From Takakia lepidozioides (lineage: Eukaryota; Plantae; Bryophyta), in the NCBI GenBank assembly GCA_030704615.1, contig CM060731.1, positions 14,136,001 to 14,200,000 of the forward strand: 64,000 bases of DNA, read 5' to 3'. Under the pieces are notes generated by a model. The model worked only from the letters and a program-made list of their open reading frames with translations, was not told where the DNA came from and did not search any database. The position numbers were made by a program, and so were the translations under genes. Of the stretch, positions 24,519 through 38,479 are shown piece after piece; position 1 is the stretch's first letter, and the number at the start of each line of letters is the position of its first letter.

Positions 24519-27500
24519 ATGGCGGGATGGGTGAAGGGAGCCCAGCTGGGCGCATTGCAATTCTCAACCAGCGATCAGATGTACTTCCCAAAGCACAGGG
24601 CCAATGCAGGTGGGCTGTTCCCAGCTTTCCACATGTATTTCGGCCTGTTTTGCTTACTTTCAGTGTCGGTATCTGAGTTTCTATCAGCTCAGCTCATGAA
24701 CAGCCTCAGATGTCTATGATATGGTTCACTGGTTGTGATTAGGACTAATGTCGATTATGGGGAGCATAATAAATTGAAGAGTTTACAGTCCAGTTCAGGC
24801 ATTTCTCTTTGTCACTTTGTCACTGTTTCAATTGCGTATTTGTGTGCTAGGTGACTATGTCTGCATTTGTACTTGACATTTAGATTGTGCAGAATGAGCT
24901 GGTGCACAATTGGAAAGAATCCGCCTGTGTCTTTTGCGCGGGGCTAGTATTGTAGGCACTCTCTGACGGCCAACCGATTTTTACGCACAGGTGGAAGGCT
25001 TCTCCTCACCAGAAAACCCCTGTGCATCCGAGCTTCACAGGTCAGGCTTATGACGTCGTTGTCACATTGCATTATTCGAAGTGTATTCATCGGTTTTTGG
25101 TGGGTCATCAGTACTTGTTCACAGGCTCTGCTTCAGTCCTCCTCTACCCTTAAAGCCACCGGAGTTGGGCACTGAATTGAGGGTGACTAAGAAACCCGCT
25201 AACATCGAACCCCTCATAAGCGACCACAGAGGGTATCTTGAAGTACCTGTGACTTCTCCTGCTTGATTGCAGTTTTTGTTTGCTATGCTTTTGAGGTGGA
25301 ACATTTTTGCAGGGTTTAAGGGTGGCATGTTGGCTGGGCAAGGCCAGCATGTAAGCCAACATAAAGATGTTACAAAGATTGGACCAACACACATGTGGAT
25401 TTGCAGTAGTTGGTCCTGTTCTTGAACGGATCATTTTAAATTACTTGTTAGTAAATCACAAACCATTGTGTGCAATCCTCAGTGTGCAGACAGGGAGGGT
25501 TCCTGTGATGTCAGCGAAGACCACAACAATACCAAACCAACAGAATGCGGACATTGGGACACGTAGTGAGATTCAACGGATTACCCTTACTCAACCAGAT
25601 GATTGGCATCTCCACCTTCGTGATGGTGATGGTCTTGCCTCTGTGGCACCTCTCAGGTATGCCACATGGCCATTGCCTCTTTTCTGTTTGTGCTATCTCA
25701 ACTTATCTTTGCAGTAAATTATAGTGAGTTCTTGTTGATGGTTGGTAAACATGAAAGGAAGTTATGTACCTGGCAGTTGCTTACCAGTGCCATGCCAGTG
25801 TTTTAGGGTCAAGTCACATAGTGCATAACACAGTTACTTGTTTTACTTATAGTGTTTCTGGAGGTTACAAGCTACAAACATGACATTCCAAAATGTGAAC
25901 TTTGAACCTCCAAAAACTTCTCTCGGAGAGATTTATTTTTGTGATCAGATGGAATACTTTCTGGTGTTCCATGTTGTACCTCCCTGTGAAAGATACAATT
26001 ATCTTATCATCTAGTCAGTTCTTTGGGTGGATCTCATCCAACATTTAAAGTAATTATGGTGTTTGTGGTGCAGTGCGGGGGTGTTTAAGCGAGCCATAAT
26101 TATGCCCAATTTGAAGCCTCCTGTCACAAGTGTGGTCGCAGCAGTTTCATACAGGGAACGCATCCTGAAGGTTCTGCCTTCGGACAGCACTTTTGAGCCA
26201 TTGATGACCCTTTATCTCACAGATGTCACAACCAGGGATGAAATCCGACGAGCTAGTAAGTTGATCTACTAAACACACCTTGACCATGCAAAGACTCAAA
26301 TTAAGGAACATTTATTTCATTGGCCCTACAAGTGAAGAAGAAATTATGTTCTCTCCACTTCACATGTGGTAGAATTTGGGGAATTCCGATCCTCCATTAA
26401 GTGGTAGCTTGTGCCATCTTCTCGTCTCGACCGTAAAGTGTGAGAACCAAGTTGCCCACAGCCCTTGTGAGAGATGTGGAGAATTTAATGGAGAGGCAGG
26501 AAGTTATGATAAATAGGGTTGTCTAGGATGACATGGGAGATGTCTATATAGAATGGTTTTTTCGGTGTGAGCTGGCCGGTGCAAATGGAATGTTTGTGGA
26601 TTCTCTCTCTTATGACAGTCTGTTCCTGTCATGCTTGGTGAGGGCATGGGGAGAGGATATACTCATAAGCTGTAGCCTTCCCGCCATAGACCCTGCGCCC
26701 AGTTTTGGTGGAACAAGAGGGAACAGACACTACCTTTGTGAGGGGCTCGCTCCAGTAGTGGAACTTACCTTGGTTTAGACATTTAGTTCGGGCTTTCCAG
26801 ATTCCTCTAGAAACCCTTCACACAAGCCTCAAGTGAACTGCCCAGCAATAAAGGTAGGGGGCGAGAGGGAGGAAAGAAAAGTTACTATATCCACTGGGAA
26901 GGGAAAGGGAGGGTAGTCACAAAATTGAAACTACTGGGTGGATTGGCAGAAGATAGCGGGGTGGTGAAGGCTGTCAAGTTATATCCTGCTGGGGCTACCA
27001 CAAACTCACAAGCGGGTGTTACTGATTTGTTTGGGAAGTGCATGCCGGTGCTTGAGGAAATGGTGGAACAAGGGCTGCCTTTACTGGTAATACTAGTCCA
27101 ATTTGCGTAAGTAAACATCAGCAGCATTCAAGTGCAAGTATTTAAAGTCACAGGAAGGCAGTGATATGATGTGCAAGTCATTGACTTACCATACATTGTG
27201 AGTCAGTCCCATGGGACAATGTCCTTGCTTGTTACAATTAGCCTTATTGTTCTACAGGTTCATGGGGAGGTCGCAGAACCAACTGTTGATATTTTTGATC
27301 GTGAACGGGTGTTCATTGCCACGGTACTTGCCCCCCTTCTGAACAAGCTACCTCAGCTCAGAATAGTCATGGAACACATCACTACTCGAGATGCAGTGGA
27401 GTTCATTGAATCGTGCCCAGACGGTATGAGACGAACTTGCTTCAATCCATGGCATTTCAACTTACAATGAGAATAATAGTGGTTGGATGCTTGTTTGTAC

Positions 27501-28431
27501 ATTTTAGGATTGTACTGACTAGACTTTACTGGGAGTTTTGAGAGAGCGACATGATACACAAACATCTGATGTTCTGTCTATGCCTTGGTTCCCTTTGTTT
27601 GGCAGGTATGGTTGCAGCTACTGTGACTCCCCAACATCTGTTGTTGAATAGAAATGCTATATTTCAAGGTGGACTTCAACCTCACAACTACTGCCTGCCT
27701 GTGCTCAAGCGAGAGCTTCACAGTGGGTTTCTCTCATCCTTTCTGTGTGTGTGTATCCTCTTAGCTCGTCATGTGTGGCTGAGATTAATGACAAGTAACA
27801 AGGAGGTGACTTCCAAACAGCTGCAGGACTGTTCGTGCGATACGTTCTCCCAATCCAAACATACATGGAGTATTCCACAGGAAAGAATTTCTGCTCTTAA
27901 TGTCACCTCTTTATGGCTATGTGCTAGGGCAAGCCCTGTTAGCAGCAGTAACAAGTGGGAGCCGGCGTTATTTTCTGGGGACAGATAGTGCCCCTCACGA
28001 GCGACACATGAAGGAGGCCCCATGTGGCTGTGCTGGGGTCTTCAGTGCGCCACTCGCTCTACCCCTTTATGCTGAAGCATTTGATCAGGTACATTGTGTT
28101 ATATGAGGAAGAAAAATAGAGTTTTGAGACGGTATTTCTGGGGGTGGCCGTTTTTTCAGAATGCATGCGGTGGGCCCTGTTCCATGTGTTGTCCGGAAAT
28201 TATTGTGTGTGTGTGCTTCACTTTGAGATGGGGCTGTTTCAGATGGACGCACTTGACAAACTGGAGGCATTTGCGAGCTTCAATGGACCAGATTTTTACA
28301 GGCTTCCGAGAAACTCTAGTACAGTGACTCTTGTAAGAGAGAAATGGTGCGTGCCAAAACAGTATGGATTTGGGTCTGGATGTGTAGTGCCAATGTGGGC
28401 AGGAGACTCTTTGAATTGGTCATTCGAGTAG
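24519..28431 (+). CDS. PYR4: Dihydroorotase (type II, with N-terminal organellar extension), ~9 exons
   Basis: [72 protein letters not shown] in order with GT-AG introns. 5' exons less certain. Confidence 0.93.
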
Positions 28432-28955
28432 ATTGGGGCTATTGTAGTTTGTATGAAATATAGAGATTTTTGTCGCGAGGACATTTCTGCAGTAGGTTGA
28501 ACAACAAGGTTTGAGGTTTTCCAGATGTCAAATGCTAACTTATAACCCACAGTGACATGTTAAAGCTGGAGATTTCCTCACCACTAGACATTTGGCTAGC
28601 TCTGAGAGATTGAAAACCTCTTGGGGTGGTGACTGCTCTCACATAATTCTATCCCATCTTGAAAGTAACATATCAAAAACCTGCTGGCAGTCGGGTGCAA
28701 AGTTCACACTGGATATTGCTAGTGGGTCAAATGGAACCCTGGGGCTCGCTAGTCATCAATTCCGACGCTTCTTCTTATCTCTGTCTTAATCCTCTTATTA
28801 TTGAGATATGAGAATATTAGTAAGGTTAACAAGCTGCTCATCACTCCCAACTTGTCGGGGTGCAAGTACATGTACTCAAATATGTGTGAGAAAACCTCCT
28901 GTAAGAATAGGTAAACAACAAACACTTGCCAACACTACTTCATAGTGAGAGCTTG

Positions 28956-31900
28956 TCAAGTCCCATGTAAAGCATTAGTGATGGCTGCAATGGTGTTTGG
29001 AGTTGTTCGGCAGCATCCGCCAATAAGTTGAGCGCCTGCATCACGCCAATCCGGAACAAATGACACAAAGTCTGTATCTGAAACCCCGGTAGATTCCTGC
29101 CATTGGCAACATGCACAACGTGAGAGAATGGATGTCCTGAGAAAATTACCACCTCTGCAACTTTCTCTCAAACTTGACTGCAACTCATATGGATGTTGTG
29201 ATGCAGACGGTTGTGAATTCATTCCTTTAACAATTAGATTTTCATTGTAGGGAAGGAATGAGTCAACGGAAGCTGGAATCATACAATCCACTCCTTCTTG
29301 TCGGCGTCCCAGCGTTCTCCACTGTTTGGATAGATCACTATAGTTTTTGATGTCACCTGTTTATTCACAGAAAGAAAAACAACAATCTTCATTAAATGTA
29401 AGCAATTCAGAGGAGTGCACGTAGAGTTATACAGAAAAAAGGGGAAGCTGTCCGAGGAAGACAATGGAGCCATGCAGTGAGAGTGAAAGTTCCATCTGTC
29501 ATCCATGTCTTTTTTCTCCTGTGAGTTCAGTATCAACTATAATTGGGTTCTGCAATGCAATCGTACTTACAGCACTACTTGGTCCAGTAATGGGAATTGA
29601 TACCTTGCGAGCAGCGCGAATCAGGTCAAGAATGAAACGGGGTGGAGTGCAATTGATGCCCACAGCAACCACTTTCTTACAGTTATCCGCCAACCTAACA
29701 CACTCAGCTAATGAGTCTCCTTTCACCACATTGATGCCATCTTTGGAGTTGAAAGAAATCCATGAAGGAATTTTGATGTCTTCTTCCTCCAGCAGCTCAA
29801 TCAGGCCCTGCATACAAATCGAGGATGAAACCTCCTGTTGTAAACTGCTTCATTTAAGTTTGACACTCCTCTGGTGAGCTCATGTTGATTATCGAGCCCC
29901 CAAACATCTAACATAAACAAGAAAAGCCAAAATATCCTGTCTCTTTCATATGGCCAGACAGTGCAAAGGGGTTGCCATGCTCCTCACCACTACAGTCTTT
30001 GGTAGCCACTGTAATCTGATCCATTGATACCTGAAACTTCATCTCTGAAAAGTGTTTAAAAGAAAGCAGACCTGGGCTTCCTGTTTGCACGGGATGGTTT
30101 CAAGGGCCAGCAAATCAGCCCCTGAATTAGCAAGCACCACCAGGCGGCCACGGTGGAAGTCCTTCAGCTTCTCTGTAGTCATATCTGGTCCGTAGTCCCC
30201 ACTGCACCCACCCTTGACCATTACTTTCAGTTCAAGTACGACCATAATCTCTAAGATTTTAGAGATCTGTCCTAAAGAGAGAGAATAGCACTAAATGTTA
30301 CTCTTCCAGCTGCAACTGTGTTCACTTCTTGCATGAATGCATCAGCGCAAATTAGACCCTGGAGTTAATAAACCTAATACATCGACAATCCACCTATGTT
30401 TACCTGCATTCCCATGGTTTGTCCTTTCTGTCATCATCTAACTAAATATAAATGGTAAATTTGATAAAGACTACATTCAATTGAAGCAATTAACTGCAAG
30501 AAAACTGATCTGCCCAGGACTAGAGTGACTCTCCTCAAATTATGTCGAGAACTATTACAAGAGCATACCTATATTCAGAGCCATCAGCCAAGTAAGCCCC
30601 ATAGCTACCAATGGAGGCACCGACAAGTGCGCGCCGATACTTCCTGAACTCCACACTCCCATTCTGCAATTGTTGCTGATATTCCGCCCAAAATCGATCC
30701 CGTTCCTCACAGGTGATGGTGATACTACTGCGGAGTAAAGCCTCTCCTTCCTCTTGTGACAATCCCCTAGATTGAAATCCCTGTAAGGTTGCCTGATAGA
30801 GATAGATAAAGGAAAGAAGAATATTTTAGAACAATCTCCAAGAAAAGGCTGGCCTGTCTTAGAAGTGAATAGCATAGCATAACCGATGATAGGGAGACAA
30901 GAAGGCAAACCTGGTAAGAGGCTGTTGCCAGAATCTCTGCACCTGCTTCAAGATATTCCCTGTGCACCTGTCAATCATTAAAATGCAAGAATCTTCTTAG
31001 AAGAAGCACATAAGACTACTTTAAAAGTGAATGCCACTCATCTATCAGTTCCCATGGATACCTCAGGTGGAGAGGACATGTAGGGCTGGTGCTATGACAG
31101 TCTCCGTTTGAAGTTTCCGTTAATTAAAGAGGAGTCCAGTGGCAGGATTGATGATTTGCATTGGACACAAGTCTGCTTCTATTCCTGCTGAGGTGGTTTC
31201 CAGGAATGTACCCGTTTTCACTTCCTTCAAAGTATACGCATTACTAGACACTTGTTTGGAAGAGAATGATGTTGCAGGCAGCAGTGTGAAACCAAAGGAC
31301 TTTAGAGGTCTTGAAGTAAGTAATTGAGGAGCAGCTGCATGGGATACATGTGATGCATTTAAGAGTTTGTTACTTCCATTCTAATCATGAGGGACTCTGT
31401 TTGTAATTTTCTGGAAGTACTTACTATCAAATAAAGGACGTCTAGTATTGGAGACGCAAACACCTTTCTCTCGCACATAAGCAAAATTTGGCAACTGTAC
31501 GCACAAGTGAAAATTGCGGGGATTGTGAACAACACCGTGATCCATGTGCATTGTAAATCCTTCTATTACAAAGAGGATCAAGAAGTTAGAATGTAATGTA
31601 TATGTCCAAATGAACCAGCTGGATATCAGAGATGGTGCGAACGATCCGTTATTCACGGAATGACACATTATGCAGAAAATGCGATACTGTGGAAGAAGAA
31701 GAATATCCCTGAAACATTGCTGGAAACGTCTGTCATCCACGGAAAATATTTGCGTTCAACAACAGTGGAGGCAGGGAGAACAAAGAAACAGCTTACAACT
31801 TTCCGGACACAGTGAATTGCCTTCAATTCCCCCATAAATGAAGGATTTCAACGACAAAATCCTACGCCATTTTAGTCATGAAGAAAGCAACCTACTCGAG

Positions 31901-32107
31901 AGTAAATACCTTGCGTATGAGGTCGGGCATTGTAATTAAACACAGCGCGCTCCACAGCGGGTCTTTGATGTCCGCGCCATGTCGTTCCAACTGCGTTGCC
32001 AAGCCCCCATCGATCACTACACACCCTCCCGCCTGCTCCAGCAATTCATCGAGCCTATTGAAGGCATCATCGCACTCCTTCTCCGCATCTCTGTGCGCTT
32101 CTCCCAT
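28956..32107 (-). CDS. HMT: Homocysteine S-methyltransferase, 7 exons
   Basis: [77 protein letters not shown] (Zn-binding Cys). Confidence 0.95.
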
Positions 32108-32589
32108 CCCGGCCTCTGCACTGCCTGCTGCCTCGTGAGATGCATGAACGACATGCTGGCCACGTGCCAGCCTGGTGCTGTCTGACGTGGCGGGTGTGGG
32201 ATGAACGTATCAAGCTGGCTTACCCCTGAGAACATTCATCCATCTGTTATCCGTTCCGCATGCACTGCGGGGGCCAGTGGAGTAGGTCGCAGCTAGTAGA
32301 GAGAGAACACGTGTTTGTCTTAGTGATGGCAAAGCTGTACGTACAAGGTGGAGCAATGCCAAGTGGCAGAGAGATAACAGGTTCTGGTTATCACTATCAC
32401 TCTCTCTCGGTCGAGAGAATTGAAGCGAGATCTCAGGGAAATGGAGTTGCTATGGTGTTTCGCACTGTAGAAGTGTCTAGAAGAATACCGAGCATGTCTG
32501 CTCAAAAGAATCCAGATTGTAGCGAAATGAAACGTCATATGTTGAGATGCTCTCTAATCAATGATTCACCACACATCTCTACAACTCAG

Positions 32590-33623
32590 AGAGATTGACA
32601 AAACTACGACAAAAAATTCAGTTCTGTCAGTCATGATTGCTGCTGAAACTTCACTCTGTAACTTCTCTTTCTTCTCATCGTCTAGCTTTTTCTTGAAGCA
32701 TTCATATGCATGGTGACCTTTCATGCCACAAAAGAACAGACTCTGTGTTTCTTCTTCGTGAAATGAACTTCATTCCTCCATCTTACAACTCTTGGTTAAG
32801 ATAGAGCCGATTGACAACATGCTTTCTTTCAAAACTGACACATAGATTGAACCATGCTTCTCGAGCAGTTTTAGCATGTGCAACATGATGAAGTATTGAA
32901 CCTACTACATTCAACACCATGGTTCATCAAGCTAAACTTATCTTTCTTTTCAGAAAGTCGTTGCTCAAGAGTGATCCCTACGGCTATGACCTCTCCATCT
33001 TCAGGCTGCAGTTGAACTGGTGCAACCGCTTCTCCTGATGTGATCTCCCACAGATCTTTCTCATGAAGAATGAATTCCATCTTAATCTTCTATGTATGAA
33101 AAATTGTTAAACCATCTCACTTCTCCACTCAGGTATGATCAGCAAAAGATGCCTTGATGATAGTTTGATGTTTTGCCAAATACAAAACACCCTCAAACTT
33201 TCAGATCTAATACCAAGCACTCAAGCCTATAGGTTGTAAATCAAATACTCATCTCCCTCTATCTCTTAGACAAAACCTTGCTCTGATATCATGTTGGAAT
33301 TCGACAGAGAGTAGAGATAAAAGATAAATTGATTACTGAGAACTCTCCACCCAACCATAGGACCACAACAAGCTGTGTCCACCCTCCGAGCTCTCCCTAT
33401 TTATACTCAAAGTCTAATCTAGGAATAGCTGAGATAACTATAGCATAATTCCATGCTTTTACTTAAGTTATCTCCACCTGCTATTCTGGTACACTGACTT
33501 GAGTCACTAATAACTCAAGCTAACTTTAGTTTTTAGCTTGTCAGTACTGCTATTATGGAAGCCCGACTTATCATCACAGTAACTTTGAGTAGCAATAACT
33601 TGGTAAAGAGTTGATTTCCAACA
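32590..33623 (-). mobile_element. Ty1/Copia 5' end: LTR 33292-33623, tRNA-Met-type PBS, gag remnant
   Basis: LTR TGTTGGAA...TTCCAACA; PBS TGATATCAGAGC; MEFILHEKDLWEI and CGMKGHHAYEC knuckle. Confidence 0.85.
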
Positions 33624-34339
33624 CAATCCACCCTTGGTATCACAAAAGTGTCCATCTTCCTAGCGGAAGGTAGTAACCCTCTGGGGTGAAGAGACATTAT
33701 AATTTACGCTTCCTTAGAGGCATCAAATATTATAGCATTCTCATAGGAAAAGTCTACAACACAACACGTGACAAATCCCTCATCAAATTACTATTATTAT
33801 TATTTTCCTTTAAGGATACCTGGGAGAGGGCCAATTTTTGGGAGATAATTTAGAATATAATTTTATTCTCGTCGACTGTTATTTTTTGGTTTAATAAAGT
33901 TAATAAGTTAATAAAAAAAAATTCTTAAGAAAAAGTTATCCGTTAAATCGAGGGGAATTCGGCCAGTTTCGCCAAAACAGAGGATGAGGATGAACATCCA
34001 TGAATATTCAAAAGAGAGCGGGCCCACAAGTACAAGCGGACAAAAATGGAAGGCGAAACTCAAAATAGCAAAATTAGGCAGCTCAAACGCATTTGCTCCC
34101 ATCTCCCTCGGCGCGGCGGCCCAACCATTGGACACGTGCACGAGCATGAGGCGACGCCCACGTTGCCATCACGTTGACCCTTCCCACTTGGCACACGGCC
34201 TGTATGAAAAAATTCTTCTCCTCCTGTCGAGTTACTTGATTACGTTAAAAACATGTCGTGCGCATACATATCGCTACACAACTACATCGCTGTCCAAACC
34301 ACACCACACATATATGCACAATAAAGTAGTCTGCCAAAA

Positions 34340-34774
34340 TGATAGAAAACCAACGAACACACTGTTTACACAAAACATGAAAACCAAACCATCACTTTTA
34401 GAAATAGTAGTCGAGCCAGGGGCACCCCAAGCTATGGGGACTCCACCCCACAACAACCTATACCCCTACATAAGCACACTAAAATCTAACCGCATGCAGG
34501 AGCTTGGTCGCGCAGGCTCAACTCGAGAAAGATGAGCCGCGCGACTGCCGCTCTCGTGAAGATAAGACGGACCAGGTGTCAAACTAAACTTGACACCTGA
34601 TTTAACACTTGACCTAAATCCAAGTGTTAAATACAAATAACTAGTTTTATTCTAGCTGTTTTCACACTGTGCTTATTTAACTTGACAGCTGTCGTGCGCA
34701 TACATATCGCTACACAACTACATCGCTGTCCAAACCACACCACACATATATGCACAATAAAGTAGTCTGCCACA
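34340..34774 (-). repeat. Full 3' LTR of the DNMT-Gypsy (TGTGG...CTATCA)
   Basis: TG...CA ends, adjacent PPT; 34340-34645 duplicated at 45686-45992 and 34690-34772 duplicated at 34254-34336. Confidence 0.85.
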
Positions 34775-35032
34775 ATCGTCCCCCTAGCTGTGGATAGGTC
34801 CTCTACCTCCAGATAGCTACAAGATGTAATAGCCACAGCCGTACTAAGTCCTCTATCACTGTCCCTATTGTACTCAAACTCTATAGACCAAGAGGCCGGG
34901 TACAAGAGTAGCCCCCATCGTTAGTCGCCGTCTTGCAATCTGTGAACTTGAGCCAGGATCTCGTGTGTTCAAGGTCTCCTAGTAGCTGGGCCTTGCGTTT
35001 CTTGTTAGCCTTCCATGGTTGTATCCACTCCA

Positions 35033-36416
35033 CTATCCAATGCAATGTGGACATAACCAATCCCCATCCGGAACCATCTCAAGAGGTGGAGTCAAGCATC
35101 CCATATGCCAACCTCTAGAGCATCGATCACACACCAGCATGGTGGCTGCCCCTTTAGCAGACCCACACAACATGCACCTCAAACCTGCAGATACCACTGC
35201 CAGGTTTGGGTCAATCCTGCCATCGACATTCGGAAGGTGACATGGCGCACAATTACGCACATGGTCCTTCCAAGTTATGCCATCCCGACCCTCCAAGACC
35301 AAGACGCCTGGGCAAGACCTCTCGAACCCTCAAAATAACACGTCCTGCAGTCACATCCAGGTCGTAGAGCAGTCTGCTGCAGATAGACATAGTCACCAGG
35401 GTTGAATCTCCGAACCCCAGGACGATAGCCCCCCACCACGTATGGTAGCATACCTCAACGTATCACGGTGTTGTGCAATGGCAAGGTTCTCGAAAGCCAT
35501 GGGCATGACTTTCTTGAACAACTCTGCACGCTGCTCACATGCACGTGCCCACACGTCCGGATCGTCAAGGTTAAGAACTGTAGCAGCTTCTCTGCGAATG
35601 GATGTAGGCAAATCCGGCTCTCGGCCAAAGAGAAGAAAGTATGGTGAGAAGGAGGCAAGTGATGCTTGCTTGCTGAACCTGTAGCCCATGGCTAACCAGG
35701 GTAACTGAAGGTCCCAATCTCCTAGGTGTCCCTTCTGCAAGCCATACTTGCGCAAACCCCTCTTTACTGTCTGAACAACTCTCTCTGCCAAGCCATCGGC
35801 CTCAGGGATGATCCCGAGAAGTGGTGCGGTGGTCTATCAAGGCCTTGTCACACAAAGCCTGAAACTCCCCCAAGAACTCTCTCCCTTGGTCCGTGAGTAC
35901 CTCAGCTGGAGCACCGAATCGGCTAAGCACACAATCCAAGAATGCATACGCAGCTCCCTCACTAGCCTTATCAGGCAATGGAACCAATTCAATCCACTTG
36001 GAGAAGTGCTCCACCATCACCAACACGTACTTGTTGTGGCGCATGGTCAGTGGCAACGGCCCTGCGAAGTCAAGACTCCACCTGTAGCCCAATCCCATGA
36101 TCGGAAGAGGGTGCAATTGTGGAGTAGGGGCGTTGAATGAAGCACGCACCCTGTCACACACCATGCACCTAGCCACAAATTGTTGCACCTCTGTGTGCAT
36201 ACCACGCCACCAATACTGCCCCTGCAGTAGACTATGAGTGCGTCGCACCCCAAAATGCCCCAACTCCTCATGGGCATGCCGCACTAACCGTGCCCGCTGT
36301 GTTGGGTGAGGCACAATCCTCACTCGACCATCCTCCCACACTCGGAGCAGGTGTGTCCCCTCCCACTTGAACCTCTTGGCTCGTTGTAGGATCCGATCCC
36401 TCTCCTTGGCAGTCAC
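35033..36416 (-). CDS. DDE integrase with C-terminal PHD finger (frameshifted)
   Basis: HAHEELGH...CMVC (HHCC), WSLDFAGP, LTDQGREF, ERVVQTVK; PHD CMLC...CDRC...WHMGC...WLCPHC (C4HC3). Confidence 0.92.
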
Positions 36417-36599
36417 AGTGGCTGCGTGTCTCCAGTGCGGAGGTAGTCCAACACAACTGAATCCTCATGTATATCTTTGGCGCCACCTTGCTCATTGCTG
36501 GCCTCAGGGTCCTCAGACACTTGATCTACAGTCATCCCTGTTGCAGGTCCAACCTGGCCTTCCGCTGCCAAGATACACAGAAATGCAGATGCATGCCAT

Positions 36600-37960
36600 C
36601 CGGGCACCATCTCCTCGTCCGTCTCACCATGCCACCGAGCTCCAGTGTCATCCTGTTGGCTCGTGCATGGATTGCGACTCAACCCATCTGCATTGCGATT
36701 GACCAAACCCGGTCGATGCACCACCTGAAAGTCATACTCTTGAAGGATGAGTGCCCACCGTGCAAGCTTCCCCGTAAGCTTGTCTGACTCCATCAACCAC
36801 TTGAGTGGTTGGTGATCCGTGACAAGGGTGAAGAGATTGCCGTATAGATAGCACCTGAAGTGTGCCACGGCCCACACTGCAGCTAAGCATTCTCCCTCAT
36901 ATGAGCTATACTTAGACTCTGCAGCATTGTTCGAGCGGCTAGCATAAGCCACTACGAACTCTCTTCCCTCATCATCCACCTGTGTGAGCACCGCTCCAAG
37001 CCCCAGCATGCTCCAATCTGTATGCAGCTGAAAAGACGCCCCCTGATAGGTCGTCTCAAGATGGGCGCCGAGGTCAACCTCGCCTTGAGCTCTTGAAAAG
37101 CTTGTTCTTGCTCATCTTCCCACTGCACTCCCTGGTCCACCTTGGTCAGCTTGGTTAGAGCCTTTGCAATGGCACTAAATCCCTTAACAAACCGTCTGTA
37201 ATAGTTTGCTAACCCCATGAAAGCTCGAACTCGGCTCACATCCGTGGGGCGTGGAACCTGTGCAATGGACTCTACCTTAGTCTGCTGTACCCCCCAATCC
37301 TCCAGGATATATCATGTGACCCAGATACTCAATCTGGTTGTGGAAAAACTTGCACTTGCCCGGATGTAACTTCAATCCGTGCGTCCTCAAGCGCTCAAAT
37401 ACCCCCTGAAGGTGTCTCTCATGCTCCTCCACCGTAGCACTAAAGATGATGATGTCATCTATGTAGCACCGAGCAAACTCCACCCCTGCTAGAATCCTGT
37501 CCATGACTCTTTGAAACTCAGCGGGAGCGTTTTTAAGCCCAAATGGTAAGAACCGCCACTGGTATAGGCAATCCTTCCCGTGCTCATTGATCCCCCAGAA
37601 TGCCGTCTTTTGCTTATCCGCCTCCTTGATCGGCAACTGGTGATATCCGGATCGTAAATCCAACGTGCTAAAGACCTTGGAATGCCCAATGGCATCAAAG
37701 ATCTCCTCTGGTGTTGGCATGGCATACCTATCGGACTTGGTCTGACGATTTACAGGCCGGTAATCACCGCACATACGTCTCTCTCCGTCCAATTGCCATA
37801 GACATCCTTCTTGCTGGCATCACTGTGGCTGAAGCATACTCTCCACCAGAGAGCTCCACCAAACCTGCCTCCCAGAGATCTTGAGTCCTCATCTGAATCA
37901 AAGACCTCTCCATGTCACTGTATCTATAGGGTCTCCGAAAGATTGGCGTGTCAGTGGCCA
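36600..37960 (-). CDS. Reverse transcriptase and RNase H (frameshifted)
   Basis: RMCGDYRPVN, STLDLRSGYHQ, LPFGLKNAP, CYIDDIIIFS, YLGH, FMGLANYYRRFV, ECLAAVWAV, VTDHQPL, NADGLSR. Confidence 0.95.
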
Positions 37961-38479
37961 ACTCAATACGGATCTCTTGACCCTTCAGTGCTCCCAAGTC
38001 CTTCAAACTGAAGGCAAAGCAATTCCTGTAAGCCCTCAGGAACCGCCGTATACGTCGTCTCTCTCCTCCGGTGACAATGGGTCCAATGTCAGGCTCCCAA
38101 TTGTCCTCCGTAACTGCAACCTTAAGTCCAGTGGGCTTAGAGGTAGAGGACGCGTCCCGTGGTTGCTATGCTGCAACCTCTTGAGCAGTACCCCCTTCCT
38201 GCTCAGTCAATGACAAGGCCTCATCCTGCCCCATCATCTCATCATTGAGAACCTCCTCAACCCGAGAAAAATCCCCAACCTCATCCATCACAGCTGCCTT
38301 GGCTGCCAACTCCCTCTGAACCTCGAGCACCTCCCACGTGTGCCATGGATGTCTACACCCCGTGGTCCTCACCGGCTCGCCCCCACTCGCTGCCTGTACC
38401 GTCTCGGTAGGCAGAGAGACCATGAAGGGAAGTGCACTCCGCACTCTACGTTGCTCAGCCATAGCCAAGCTGATAATCC

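Noticed and set aside
26466-26824. Intronic solo LTR or MITE in DHOase (similar case at 46702-47039 in SDR)
   Set aside because: TG...CA ends present but TSDs do not match.
33984-34535. 183-aa plus-strand ORF (and 45567-45836)
   Set aside because: Antisense read-through of LTR sequence; no coding evidence.
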